From positions 1 through 18,846 of the forward strand of contig CAZKED010000024.1 of assembly GCA_964551725.1 (NCBI GenBank): 18,846 bases of DNA, read 5' to 3'. The notes below the pieces were generated by a model. That model saw nothing but the letters and a program-made list of their open reading frames with translations. It was not told the origin of the DNA and ran no database searches. Shown piece after piece: positions 8,304-15,280 of this stretch (positions within the stretch are counted from its first letter, which is position 1; each line of letters opens with the position of its first letter). The translations under genes and the position numbers were made by a program. This DNA comes from an uncultured archaeon (GTDB taxonomy: Archaea; Iainarchaeota; Iainarchaeia; Iainarchaeales; DTGL01).

Positions 8304-9518
8304 GTGGACAAAAGGCACAGGCCACGGAAGGGCGAGCTTGTAGTGGAATTCAGGGTGAAGCCAGCGCGCGGCGTTTCGATGGAGCGCGCCGCGGAGGAAA
8401 TCGCTAAGGAGTCATCCATCGGAACGTGGACTTCGCTTTCAACAATGAAAGCGCGCATTGCAAAAAAACTGAAGCCCAGCGCGTACAGCATTTCAGGGAG
8501 CACAGCAAAAATCGCCTATCCCCCGGACCTGTTCGAGCAGGGAAGCATTCCCCAATTGCTGTCCAGCATTGCGGGCAACGTTTACGGAATGAACTCGCTG
8601 CAGTCCCTGAAACTGGAGGACATCCGTTTTCCCGATTCTTACATCAAAGCATTCAAGGGACCGCGCTTTGGAATAAAAGGCGTGAGAAAGAAGCTCGGCG
8701 TGAAAGGCAGGCCTTTGGTCGGCACAATAGTTAAGCCGAAAGTCGGACTGAATGAAAAAGAGCACGCAAAGGTTGCATACAATGCGTGGTTGGGGGGATG
8801 CGACCTTGTGAAAGACGACGAGAACCTGACAAGCATGAAATTCAACTCCTTTGAAAGGCGTCTGCGTGAAACGCTAAAAATGCGCGAAAGCGCTGAAAGC
8901 GAAACAGGCGAAAGAAAGGCTTACATGCCGAATGTTACCGCCGAAACCGGGGAAATGCTCCGCCGCGCCAGACTGGTGAAAAAAGAGGGCGGAAAATACG
9001 TTATGGTTGACATTTTGACGGCGGGCTGGGCTGCGGTGCAGACTTTGCGCGATGAAGACCTCGGTCTCATTATTCACGCGCACAGGGCAGGGCACGCCGC
9101 CCTTACAAGAATGCCCCAGCACGGGATTTCAATGCTCGCAATCGCCAAACTCGCGCGTTTGGCCGGCGTTGACCAGCTGCACGTCGGCGCAATAGTGGGA
9201 AAAATGCACGGCTCCGCGGAGGAAGTGAAAGGGATTGTGAAGGGAATAACTGAAAAGTGCGCCGGGCTTGAAAAAGTTTTTCCTGTTTGTTCGGGCGGAC
9301 TGCACCCGGGAAAAGTGGAAGCGTTAATGAGAATGCTGGGAAAAGACATAATAATCCAGATGGGCGGCGGCGCGCACGGGCACCCCCGCGGTACAATTGC
9401 CGGTGCAAAGGCGGCAAGGCAGGCGGTTGAAGCCGCACTCCAGGGCGTTCCCGCAGGGGAATACGCCTTAATGCATGAAGAACTCGCGGCTGCAATTGAA
9501 AAATGGGGAGACAAATGA
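8304..9518 (+). CDS. rbcL: Ribulose-1,5-bisphosphate carboxylase, form III (start uncertain, possibly 8286)
   Basis: ESSIGTW, AGN, IVKPK, GGCDLVKDDE, HAHRAGH, QLHVG, GKM, SGG and QMGGG. The recognisable catalytic residues of true RuBisCO are present. Confidence 0.95.
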   Translation: MDKRHRPRKGELVVEFRVKPARGVSMERAAEEIAKESSIGTWTSLSTMKARIAKKLKPSAYSISGSTAKIAYPPDLFEQGSIPQLLSSIAGNVYGMNSLQSLKLEDIRFPDSYIKAFKGPRFGIKGVRKKLGVKGRPLVGTIVKPKVGLNEKEHAKVAYNAWLGGCDLVKDDENLTSMKFNSFERRLRETLKMRESAESETGERKAYMPNVTAETGEMLRRARLVKKEGGKYVMVDILTAGWAAVQTLRDEDLGLIIHAHRAGHAALTRMPQHGISMLAIAKLARLAGVDQLHVGAIVGKMHGSAEEVKGIVKGITEKCAGLEKVFPVCSGGLHPGKVEALMRMLGKDIIIQMGGGAHGHPRGTIAGAKAARQAVEAALQGVPAGEYALMHEELAAAIEKWGDK

Positions 9519-10261
9519 ATTGCGAGAAAACATACAAGAAAATAGTGCGCGGCACAAAAGCATACTTCAAGAAAAGCGGAGTGAAAAAAGCGGTATTCGG
9601 GCTGAGCGGCGGACTGGATTCCGCGCTTGCTGCATTCGTGCTGTGCGATGCGCTCGGGAGCAAAAACGTATTCGCGCTTATAATGCCGGAGGCAAAATTG
9701 AAGAATGCGGGAGACAGGGACGACGCAATAGAACTGTGCGGAAAACTCGGCATAAAGTACGAGATTGTGCCAATCGACGTAATGGTTTCCTCGCTCAGCA
9801 TAGTGCCGTGGAAGCAGTCAAAACTGGCAAAGGAAAACCTGCGTGCACGCATCAGGATGGTTTTGCTTTACTCTTATTCAAATTCGCGAAACGCGCTTGT
9901 TGTCGGCACCTCGAACAAATCGGAGAGAAAACTGGGCTATTTCACAAAGTACGGAGATGGAGCAGCGGACATAATGCCATTGGGCGACCTCCTTAAAACT
10001 GAAGTGAGGAAATTGGCGGAGTGGCGCGGCGTTCCGGAATGGATTCTCAAGAAGAAGCCGTCCGCCGGGCTGAGGAAGGGGCAGTGCGACGAAAAGGACC
10101 TTGAGGCGTGCTATGTGGACATCGACAAATTTTTGCAATCGCTGGGGAAGCGGGGAAAAAAGAAAAGGACAAAAATTCCAAAGAAAAAATCGGAGCGCCT
10201 GAGGAAAAGAATTAAGGAGAACGCCCACAAGTTGCAGCAGCCTTTTGTGGTGAGAGCTTGA
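9515..10261 (+). CDS. nadE: NH3-dependent NAD+ synthetase
   Basis: GLSGGLDS, NLRARIRM, GTSNKSE, GYFTKYGDG and KPSAGL; no glutaminase domain. ATGA overlap with the rbcL stop and GGGGAG SD. Confidence 0.95.
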   Translation: MNCEKTYKKIVRGTKAYFKKSGVKKAVFGLSGGLDSALAAFVLCDALGSKNVFALIMPEAKLKNAGDRDDAIELCGKLGIKYEIVPIDVMVSSLSIVPWKQSKLAKENLRARIRMVLLYSYSNSRNALVVGTSNKSERKLGYFTKYGDGAADIMPLGDLLKTEVRKLAEWRGVPEWILKKKPSAGLRKGQCDEKDLEACYVDIDKFLQSLGKRGKKKRTKIPKKKSERLRKRIKENAHKLQQPFVVRA

Positions 10262-11178
10262 AGTGCGTTGCAGTTTTTGGCGGTTCGTTCAATCCCGTGC
10301 ACAACGGGCACTTGCTCGCGGCAAGGGAAGTGCTTGAAAAGACCGAAGCGGATGAAATCTGGTTCATGCCCTGTCGCGTTCACGCCTTCAAGTCCAGGAG
10401 AAAGTTCGCGCCGGAAAAGCACAGGGTCGAAATGCTGAAGCGCGCAGTGAAGGGCGAAAAAGGAATGAAGGTTTCCCTGCTGGAGATAAAACTCGGCAAA
10501 AGGCGAAGGAAGGAGAGCAGAACGCTGGACACTGTAAGGGAACTGCGGAGAAAATATCCGCGCTTCGCGTTCCTCTGGATGATTGGCTCGAATCTGGTCG
10601 GCGAAGTTCCCGAATGGGAGGGATTCAGCGATCTGGTGAAAGAGGTGAGAATTGTTGTCGTTCCTGTCGAGGGTTTTACCCGCAGGAGCATTTTGTCGGC
10701 AAAATGGCTGGAAGAAAACAATGCAATTGTTCTGCCAAAGCGCGGGGCAGTTGAAAACATTTCCTCAACGCAAGTGAGAGAGCGCATTTCCTCGGGAAAG
10801 AGTGTGTCGGCGCTGGTTCCCGGGGCGGTGTGGAAATATATCGAAGAAAACCTCCTTTTTGTTCCTTCCGAATTCAACCGCGTTGTTTATGCCGCGGTCA
10901 AAAAAATCCCGCGCGGCAGGATTTCAACTTACAGTGAAATAGCGCGGGCTGTGGGAAGAAAAAAAGCGGCAAGGGCAGTGGGAAACGCGCTTAACAGAAA
11001 CCCCTTTTTTCCTGTTGTGCCCTGCCACCGCGTCGTCAGGGCGAATGCCGAAACAGGGGGATTCGGCAGGGGCGAAGCGGAGAAGGAAAAACTGCTGAAA
11101 TCGGAGGGCTTGCGCGTGAAAAACGGCAGAATTCTGGATTTCGGGAAAAAATTAATGAAAGCCAGTGACTTAGTTTAA
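10258..11178 (+). CDS. nadD: Fusion of NadD-type nicotinate-nucleotide adenylyltransferase (aa 1-201) and O6-alkylguanine-DNA alkyltransferase domain (aa 202-306)
   Basis: FGGSFNPVHNGH, HRVEML, MIGS..W..W, ISSTQVR and VP..V..YI...L, then IPRG..STY..IA, ARAVGNAL..NP, PCHRV and EKEKLLKSEG. TTGA overlap with the nadE stop. Confidence 0.92.
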   Translation: MKCVAVFGGSFNPVHNGHLLAAREVLEKTEADEIWFMPCRVHAFKSRRKFAPEKHRVEMLKRAVKGEKGMKVSLLEIKLGKRRRKESRTLDTVRELRRKYPRFAFLWMIGSNLVGEVPEWEGFSDLVKEVRIVVVPVEGFTRRSILSAKWLEENNAIVLPKRGAVENISSTQVRERISSGKSVSALVPGAVWKYIEENLLFVPSEFNRVVYAAVKKIPRGRISTYSEIARAVGRKKAARAVGNALNRNPFFPVVPCHRVVRANAETGGFGRGEAEKEKLLKSEGLRVKNGRILDFGKKLMKASDLV

Positions 11179-11221
11179 ATAACAGGGCGGATGCCAAAAG
11201 TTATTTCTTCAAATGAGCACA

Positions 11222-11232
11222 TTTTATATATA
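11222..11232 (+). promoter_or_regulatory. Strong TATA-like element in a convergent intergenic region
   Basis: TTTTATATATA with no annotated gene start on either side, since both flanking genes end here. Confidence 0.45.
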
Positions 11233-11252
11233 AGTTAGGGGCATATATTACT

Positions 11253-11357
11253 GGTTGGGTAATTTATCACCCCGAATTCTGCAAAAGAAGGCAAAAGAAG
11301 GCAAAGGAGGAAAGTTAAAAGCGTTCGCGCGCATCCTAACTTTCCTCTCTAATTTTT
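11253..11357 (+). ncRNA. Candidate structured small RNA; alternatively a 39-aa ORF at 11255-11374 or a bidirectional terminator
   Basis: TATA about 23 nt upstream, short GGGT/ACCC stem, A-rich tandem repeat, 11-bp perfect stem 11307-11317/11337-11347 topped by GCG-TTCG-CGC, and a T-rich end. Confidence 0.4.
11281..11310 (+). repeat. 10-bp tandem repeat x3
   Basis: GCAAAAGAAG GCAAAAGAAG GCAAAGGAGG. Confidence 0.85.
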
Positions 11358-11364
11358 ACAACCT

Positions 11365-11766
11365 CTATTCATAGGGCTTGGTTCTTTTCGCTTTTTCAGC
11401 GCAAACGCTGCAATTTTCCCACCATTCCAGAAAATCGCCTATTTCCGCGGCTGAAAATTTTTCAACCGGAACCTCGACAACAAAGGCAGCCTTCTTTCCC
11501 GGCGTGTAGTTCAGAGCAAACGGTTTCAGGAATGCCTTGTCCACCACGCGCTTTTTTGAGTCGAGAAAGAGTGCGCAGATTGGAAAGAAAACGAAAAGCA
11601 TGTGAATGCTTGCCTTTGCCCTGCTTTCTGTGCCCAGGTGGAAGACCAGGGCGTAATCGAATTTTTTCCCGGATTCGAACATCAGCCCGCGGAATTTACG
11701 CCAAAAAGAGCGCGCGTGCCTTACCTTGCCTGTCACCTCAATGCGCTTTGTACTGTTAAAGAGCAT
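11365..11766 (-). CDS. DUF192 domain protein
   Basis: ARSFWRKFRGLMF, IHMLFVFFPI..LFLD...VV and A.FVVE motifs. Confidence 0.88.
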   Translation of the reverse strand: MLFNSTKRIEVTGKVRHARSFWRKFRGLMFESGKKFDYALVFHLGTESRAKASIHMLFVFFPICALFLDSKKRVVDKAFLKPFALNYTPGKKAAFVVEVPVEKFSAAEIGDFLEWWENCSVCAEKAKRTKPYE

Positions 11767-11770
11767 AGAA

Positions 11771-12049
11771 TCAGCTTTTTTTCGGCGATTCTTCCTTCAG
11801 CATTTTGAGCGGGGGGATTACAATTTCCTCCAGAAACTTGACGTTCTCTTTCGGCGTGAAAGAAGCCGGCTTTCTTGCAAGAATAGTTTTCCTCTGCTCT
11901 TCCGTCTTTTTCATGTGGGCTTCAAGCGCCCTTACTATTTCTTCCAGGGATTCCTTTTTTTTGGCGGGAATTTCCGCCTTTCCCTTTTCCACCACTTTTA
12001 TTTTGGGCAGCCTTATTTCAGTAAGCCCCGAGCTTTTTCCGCTTTCCAT
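11771..12049 (-). CDS. Small Lys/Glu-rich hypothetical protein (92 aa)
   Basis: ATG start with GGGCTGGG upstream, ends 4 nt before the DUF192 start, purine-rich coding-strand bias like its neighbours. Confidence 0.6.
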   Translation of the reverse strand: MESGKSSGLTEIRLPKIKVVEKGKAEIPAKKKESLEEIVRALEAHMKKTEEQRKTILARKPASFTPKENVKFLEEIVIPPLKMLKEESPKKS

Positions 12050-12155
12050 TTTCCCAGCCCTTCAGAAATAATACGTTTTACCACTTATTAAACCTTTCCT
12101 CCGTTTTTTACATGTTTTTTGCTTTCGAGGTTTGTACTAAAGCAATTAAAAATAG

Positions 12156-12177
12156 GAAAACTTTTAAATGAGTTTTC
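12156..12177. promoter_or_regulatory. Inverted repeat enclosing a TATA-like element upstream of uppS
   Basis: GAAAACT-TTTAAATG-AGTTTTC. Confidence 0.45.
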
Positions 12178-12238
12178 AGGGAATTTTAGTTATTCAACAG
12201 CAATAAATAGGAATAAGTTGTTCCAACGGCTGATTCGC

Positions 12239-12934
12239 ATGCTGGAATCAATTGCTTTCATTCCCGACGGGAACAGGCGTTACGCGAAAGAGCACGGTCT
12301 CTCGCTCCTCCATGCCTACATGCTCGGAACGAGGAAAGCGTGGGAAACGCTTGACTGGATTACAAAATACCAGAGCATTAAGGCAGGCACGTTCTACACG
12401 CTTTCCCTCAAAAATTTTGAGCGCAACAGGCACGAACTCGGGCTCCTTTTCAGGGTTTTTGAAAAAGAATTAGACAAAGTGCTCGAAACGGATTATTTCG
12501 CAAGAAAGGGAATAAAACTCAATTTCATCGGCAGACTGGAGCAGTTCCCAAAAAAAATCCGCGACAAAATACTTGAAGCCCAGCAACTCACCGCGGAAAA
12601 CAGCAGGCGCTTGGTGAACCTCGCGTTGGGCTACGACGGGCAAGCCGAAATAGTCGATGCCGCCCGCGCCGTTGCACTTGACTACGCCCAAAAGAAGGTT
12701 GACCTCGAAGCGCTTGACGAGCAGTCGTTCCAGGACTACCTCTATTCAAAATTCCCCAATCCGGACCTAATAATACGCACCTCCGGCACGCAGCGCCTCA
12801 GCGGATTTCTCACATACCAGTCCAGTTACTCGGAACTCTATTTCTGCGACAAGTACTGGCCGGAATTCAGCGAGCGGGACCTCGACCTCGCGGTAAAGGA
12901 GTTCAATTCAAGGCAGAGGAAGTACGGCAAGTAA
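12239..12934 (+). CDS. uppS: cis-prenyltransferase (polyprenyl/undecaprenyl diphosphate synthase)
   Basis: IAFIPDGNRR, LSLKNFER, ALGYDGQAEI, PDLIIRTSG..RLSGFL, YSELYF..YWP and C-terminal RKYG. Confidence 0.95.
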   Translation: MLESIAFIPDGNRRYAKEHGLSLLHAYMLGTRKAWETLDWITKYQSIKAGTFYTLSLKNFERNRHELGLLFRVFEKELDKVLETDYFARKGIKLNFIGRLEQFPKKIRDKILEAQQLTAENSRRLVNLALGYDGQAEIVDAARAVALDYAQKKVDLEALDEQSFQDYLYSKFPNPDLIIRTSGTQRLSGFLTYQSSYSELYFCDKYWPEFSERDLDLAVKEFNSRQRKYGK

Positions 12935-12940
12935 TCCGCT

Positions 12941-12973
12941 TTTAAAAACTTTTCATGCAGAATTAGTTCTGCA
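12941..12973 (+). promoter_or_regulatory. tRNA-Gln promoter TATA followed by a 7-bp inverted repeat
   Basis: TTTAAAAA at 12941-12948, 30 nt before the tRNA. TGCAGAA-TTAG-TTCTGCA at 12956-12973. Confidence 0.5.
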
Positions 12974-12978
12974 CACAC

Positions 12979-13051
12979 AGCCCCGTGGTGTAGCGGACAA
13001 GCATAGTGGGCCCTGGACCCGCTGACGGGAGTTCGAATCTCTCCGGGGCTA
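12979..13051 (+). tRNA. tRNA-Gln(CTG), intronless, CCA not encoded, C at position 33
   Basis: AGCCCCG/CGGGGCT acceptor (A1-U72), anticodon arm GTGGG-CC-CTG-GA-CCCGC, T-arm GGGAG-TTCGAAT-CTCTC. Confidence 0.92.
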
Positions 13052-13082
13052 TTCTTCTATTTTTAGTAAATCACTCGCAATT

Positions 13083-13116
13083 TCAGCAATAACTAATAAA
13101 TTTATAGTTTTGCTGA
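13083..13116. promoter_or_regulatory. 34-bp imperfect palindrome containing the TATA-like element of the methyltransferase gene
   Basis: TCAGCAA-t-AACTA-a-TAAA|TTTA-TAGTT-TTGCTGA. TTTATA at 13101-13106 lies 22 nt before ATG 13129, consistent with a leaderless mRNA. Confidence 0.5.
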
Positions 13117-13128
13117 GACAATAATAGC

Positions 13129-14079
13129 ATGCCTTTCAGGCGTTTGCGTTCCAAGTGGGAAAAAAGAAGGATTTTTTTAAGGAAAAAAGAGCCTGCGGTT
13201 GGAGAGCACATTAAGCCAAAATGGCTCCCAGACATATATCGCGGAATGGACGGAAAACTAGCTGTTTTATCTGTTTCAGATTTTTTTAAAGGTTATCCCA
13301 AACTTGCCGAACTTCGCTTTGGAACTGGCACGTTTAGGGATTTAATCGAAAGAACCGCCGAAATGCATCGCAAGAGGCTTGGCTCCGAGTTTGACGCAAG
13401 GGAAATAGAATTTTCGCTTGTAAAGTGTTTTACTGAGGATGAGTATATTGCTGTTGTAAGCCAGAGCCCTTTGGGAGATGATATGCTTGCAATGGTTGAT
13501 GCCATCGAAAGAGACCCTGCAAGAAAAAGGAGGTTCCTAAGAATACTGCTCGGGAAAACACACTATCCAAATGTCATTACTTTGAAAAGAAGATATGCAA
13601 ATGTTGACAGCTTTTTGAAAGAGCACGGAGTAAAAAGCCTCCTTGATGTAGGCTGCGCGGCATCCATGGGGGCGCCAACCACCGCTACAACAAAAGAAAA
13701 GCTTGGAAAAGAAGCAAGGGTTGTAGGCATTGATGCAACTGCCTATAAGGACAAAAAGCAGACCCCGGAACAAAAGGGAATTGAATTTGTCAGACACAAA
13801 ATCCTCGAAGTGCCTTTTCCCGAAAAATTTGGAGCCGTAAGGATCGGATTCTTCCATCAATATCTGCCAAAAGCAGAACGTAAAAGGCTTTTCAAACACT
13901 CTATGCAATCTCTTGAAGAGGGAGGCTATATCATAGTGGCTCCTTCCCATCACAGAGAACTTCAAAGGGGAGGCATCTACAGGCCCGGCGCTGACATCTA
14001 TCAGCTAAAAAGGGGAAAACTGCAGCTTGTCACCTTCGTCGAAGTCTATAATCCCCCCTCACTTGATATTTTTAAGTAA
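13129..14079 (+). CDS. Putative class I SAM-dependent methyltransferase with an uncharacterised N-terminal half
   Basis: SLLDVGCA (motif I), VVGID (motif II), EKFGAVRI..FHQYL and SLEEGGYIIV. Confidence 0.72.
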   Translation: MPFRRLRSKWEKRRIFLRKKEPAVGEHIKPKWLPDIYRGMDGKLAVLSVSDFFKGYPKLAELRFGTGTFRDLIERTAEMHRKRLGSEFDAREIEFSLVKCFTEDEYIAVVSQSPLGDDMLAMVDAIERDPARKRRFLRILLGKTHYPNVITLKRRYANVDSFLKEHGVKSLLDVGCAASMGAPTTATTKEKLGKEARVVGIDATAYKDKKQTPEQKGIEFVRHKILEVPFPEKFGAVRIGFFHQYLPKAERKRLFKHSMQSLEEGGYIIVAPSHHRELQRGGIYRPGADIYQLKRGKLQLVTFVEVYNPPSLDIFK

Positions 14080-14125
14080 AACAAGTTGGCCAATTCACTG
14101 AAATCCAGTTAAAATATATCAAACA

Positions 14126-15262
14126 CTACCTGAACTTCACCGCCAGTCCTGCGAGCTTCCACATTCCCGGTTTTTTGAGGACTTTGCCCACAAAGCGTGA
14201 GGGCTTGTCCATGTCGCCGTGCTCTTCGAGGAATTCCTCTATTCCCGCTTTTTTTAGTTTTCCGAACAACCTGTCGATTTTTTCATCGCTCTGAGAGTTC
14301 AGGAAAGAGCGCATTTTCCAGTGCATTTTCAGTTCCTTGGTCACGTCCTTGAGGTAAGAGTTGTAGGAATTCAGCGGCTTGCCGTTCTTGAGGAAATGGT
14401 CGATTGAGGCAGCGCATTTTTTCGCCGCAGACAATCCCATGACAAGGCCTCCGCCTGTTGTCGCCTTTGCGTGGAATGCCGCGTCTCCCACAAGCAGATT
14501 GCTGCCGAAAACGAAATTCTTCAAGGGCGGTCCCACGGGAATCAGAAAACTTTCCCGCTTCAGCGTAGTGAATTCCAGCTTTTTCTCAGAGGTGAATTTT
14601 TTGAACGCCTCCGCGGCATTCTCCCCCAGAGAAGTGCCGATTCCAACGCGCGCTTTTTTCGCGCTTTCCGGAATCACCCATGCAAAAAAACCCTGGGCAA
14701 AAGAACCGAAGTGCATCTGCACGAGCTTTGGGTCAAATGTGCCGGAAACAAATTCTTGGTAGGTGTGAACGAAATTCTCCTGCTGCACGGGCACGCCGAG
14801 AAGTTCCCTTGTTTTCGACTGCACGCCGTCGGCGCCTACCAAAATTTTTGTTTTTTCCATTTCCCCGCGGTGCTTTTTTTTGAAGAACACAGTGCTGCCG
14901 TGGATGTCAATGAGCTTTGAGTTGAAAGTTATTTTGAGCCCCAGTCTCGAAGCCTGCTTTTGCAGTGACTTGTCGAATGCCGCCCTGTCGATCACATATG
15001 CAACGGGCTTTTTCCTTTTCACTGTTAGAATGCTTCCTTTCGGCGAAACCAGTTTAGCGCCGAAGATTTCGTTTTCCGTGCATGCTTTCAGTTTGAGTTC
15101 CAGTTCTCTGGCGCCCGAAGAGCTTATGAGACCGGAGCAGTGCGTTGGCACTCCAACCTGGGAATGCTCCTCGAGAATGCGCGAATCCCAGCCCCTTTCC
15201 TTGAGTTCTATTGCTGTCTGCAGCCCGGCGGGGCCTGCTCCTATTATGGTGACAGTATTCAT
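14126..15262 (-). CDS. Geranylgeranyl reductase family FAD oxidoreductase (DGGGPL reductase-like)
   Basis: IIGAGPAG, P..CSG, IDRAAFD, LVGADG..S, FFAWVIP, LVGDAA and TGGGL. Confidence 0.9.
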   Translation of the reverse strand: MNTVTIIGAGPAGLQTAIELKERGWDSRILEEHSQVGVPTHCSGLISSSGARELELKLKACTENEIFGAKLVSPKGSILTVKRKKPVAYVIDRAAFDKSLQKQASRLGLKITFNSKLIDIHGSTVFFKKKHRGEMEKTKILVGADGVQSKTRELLGVPVQQENFVHTYQEFVSGTFDPKLVQMHFGSFAQGFFAWVIPESAKKARVGIGTSLGENAAEAFKKFTSEKKLEFTTLKRESFLIPVGPPLKNFVFGSNLLVGDAAFHAKATTGGGLVMGLSAAKKCAASIDHFLKNGKPLNSYNSYLKDVTKELKMHWKMRSFLNSQSDEKIDRLFGKLKKAGIEEFLEEHGDMDKPSRFVGKVLKKPGMWKLAGLAVKFR

Positions 15263-15280
15263 GCAACCAATTGAATTCAG

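Noticed and set aside
8210-8503. N-terminal extension of cmk
   Set aside because: Antisense to rbcL; the P-loop begins right after ATG 8209, which has its own SD.
8304-9518. RuBisCO-like protein (form IV) interpretation
   Set aside because: KPK, KDDE, HxHRAxH, loop-6 Lys, SGG and GGG motifs are all of the carboxylating type.
10861-11178. Catalytically dead alkyltransferase-like (ATL) domain
   Set aside because: The motif is PCHRV with Cys, not PWHRV or PAHRV.
11281-11310. CRISPR array or iteron
   Set aside because: Only three contiguous 10-bp units, no spacers and no cas or rep genes.
12119-12238. N-terminal extension of uppS
   Set aside because: AT-rich promoter-like sequence; the family motif starts directly after ATG 12239.
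13030-14125. Integrated element with att duplication at tRNA-Gln
   Set aside because: I saw no repeat of the tRNA 3' end and no integrase in the window.
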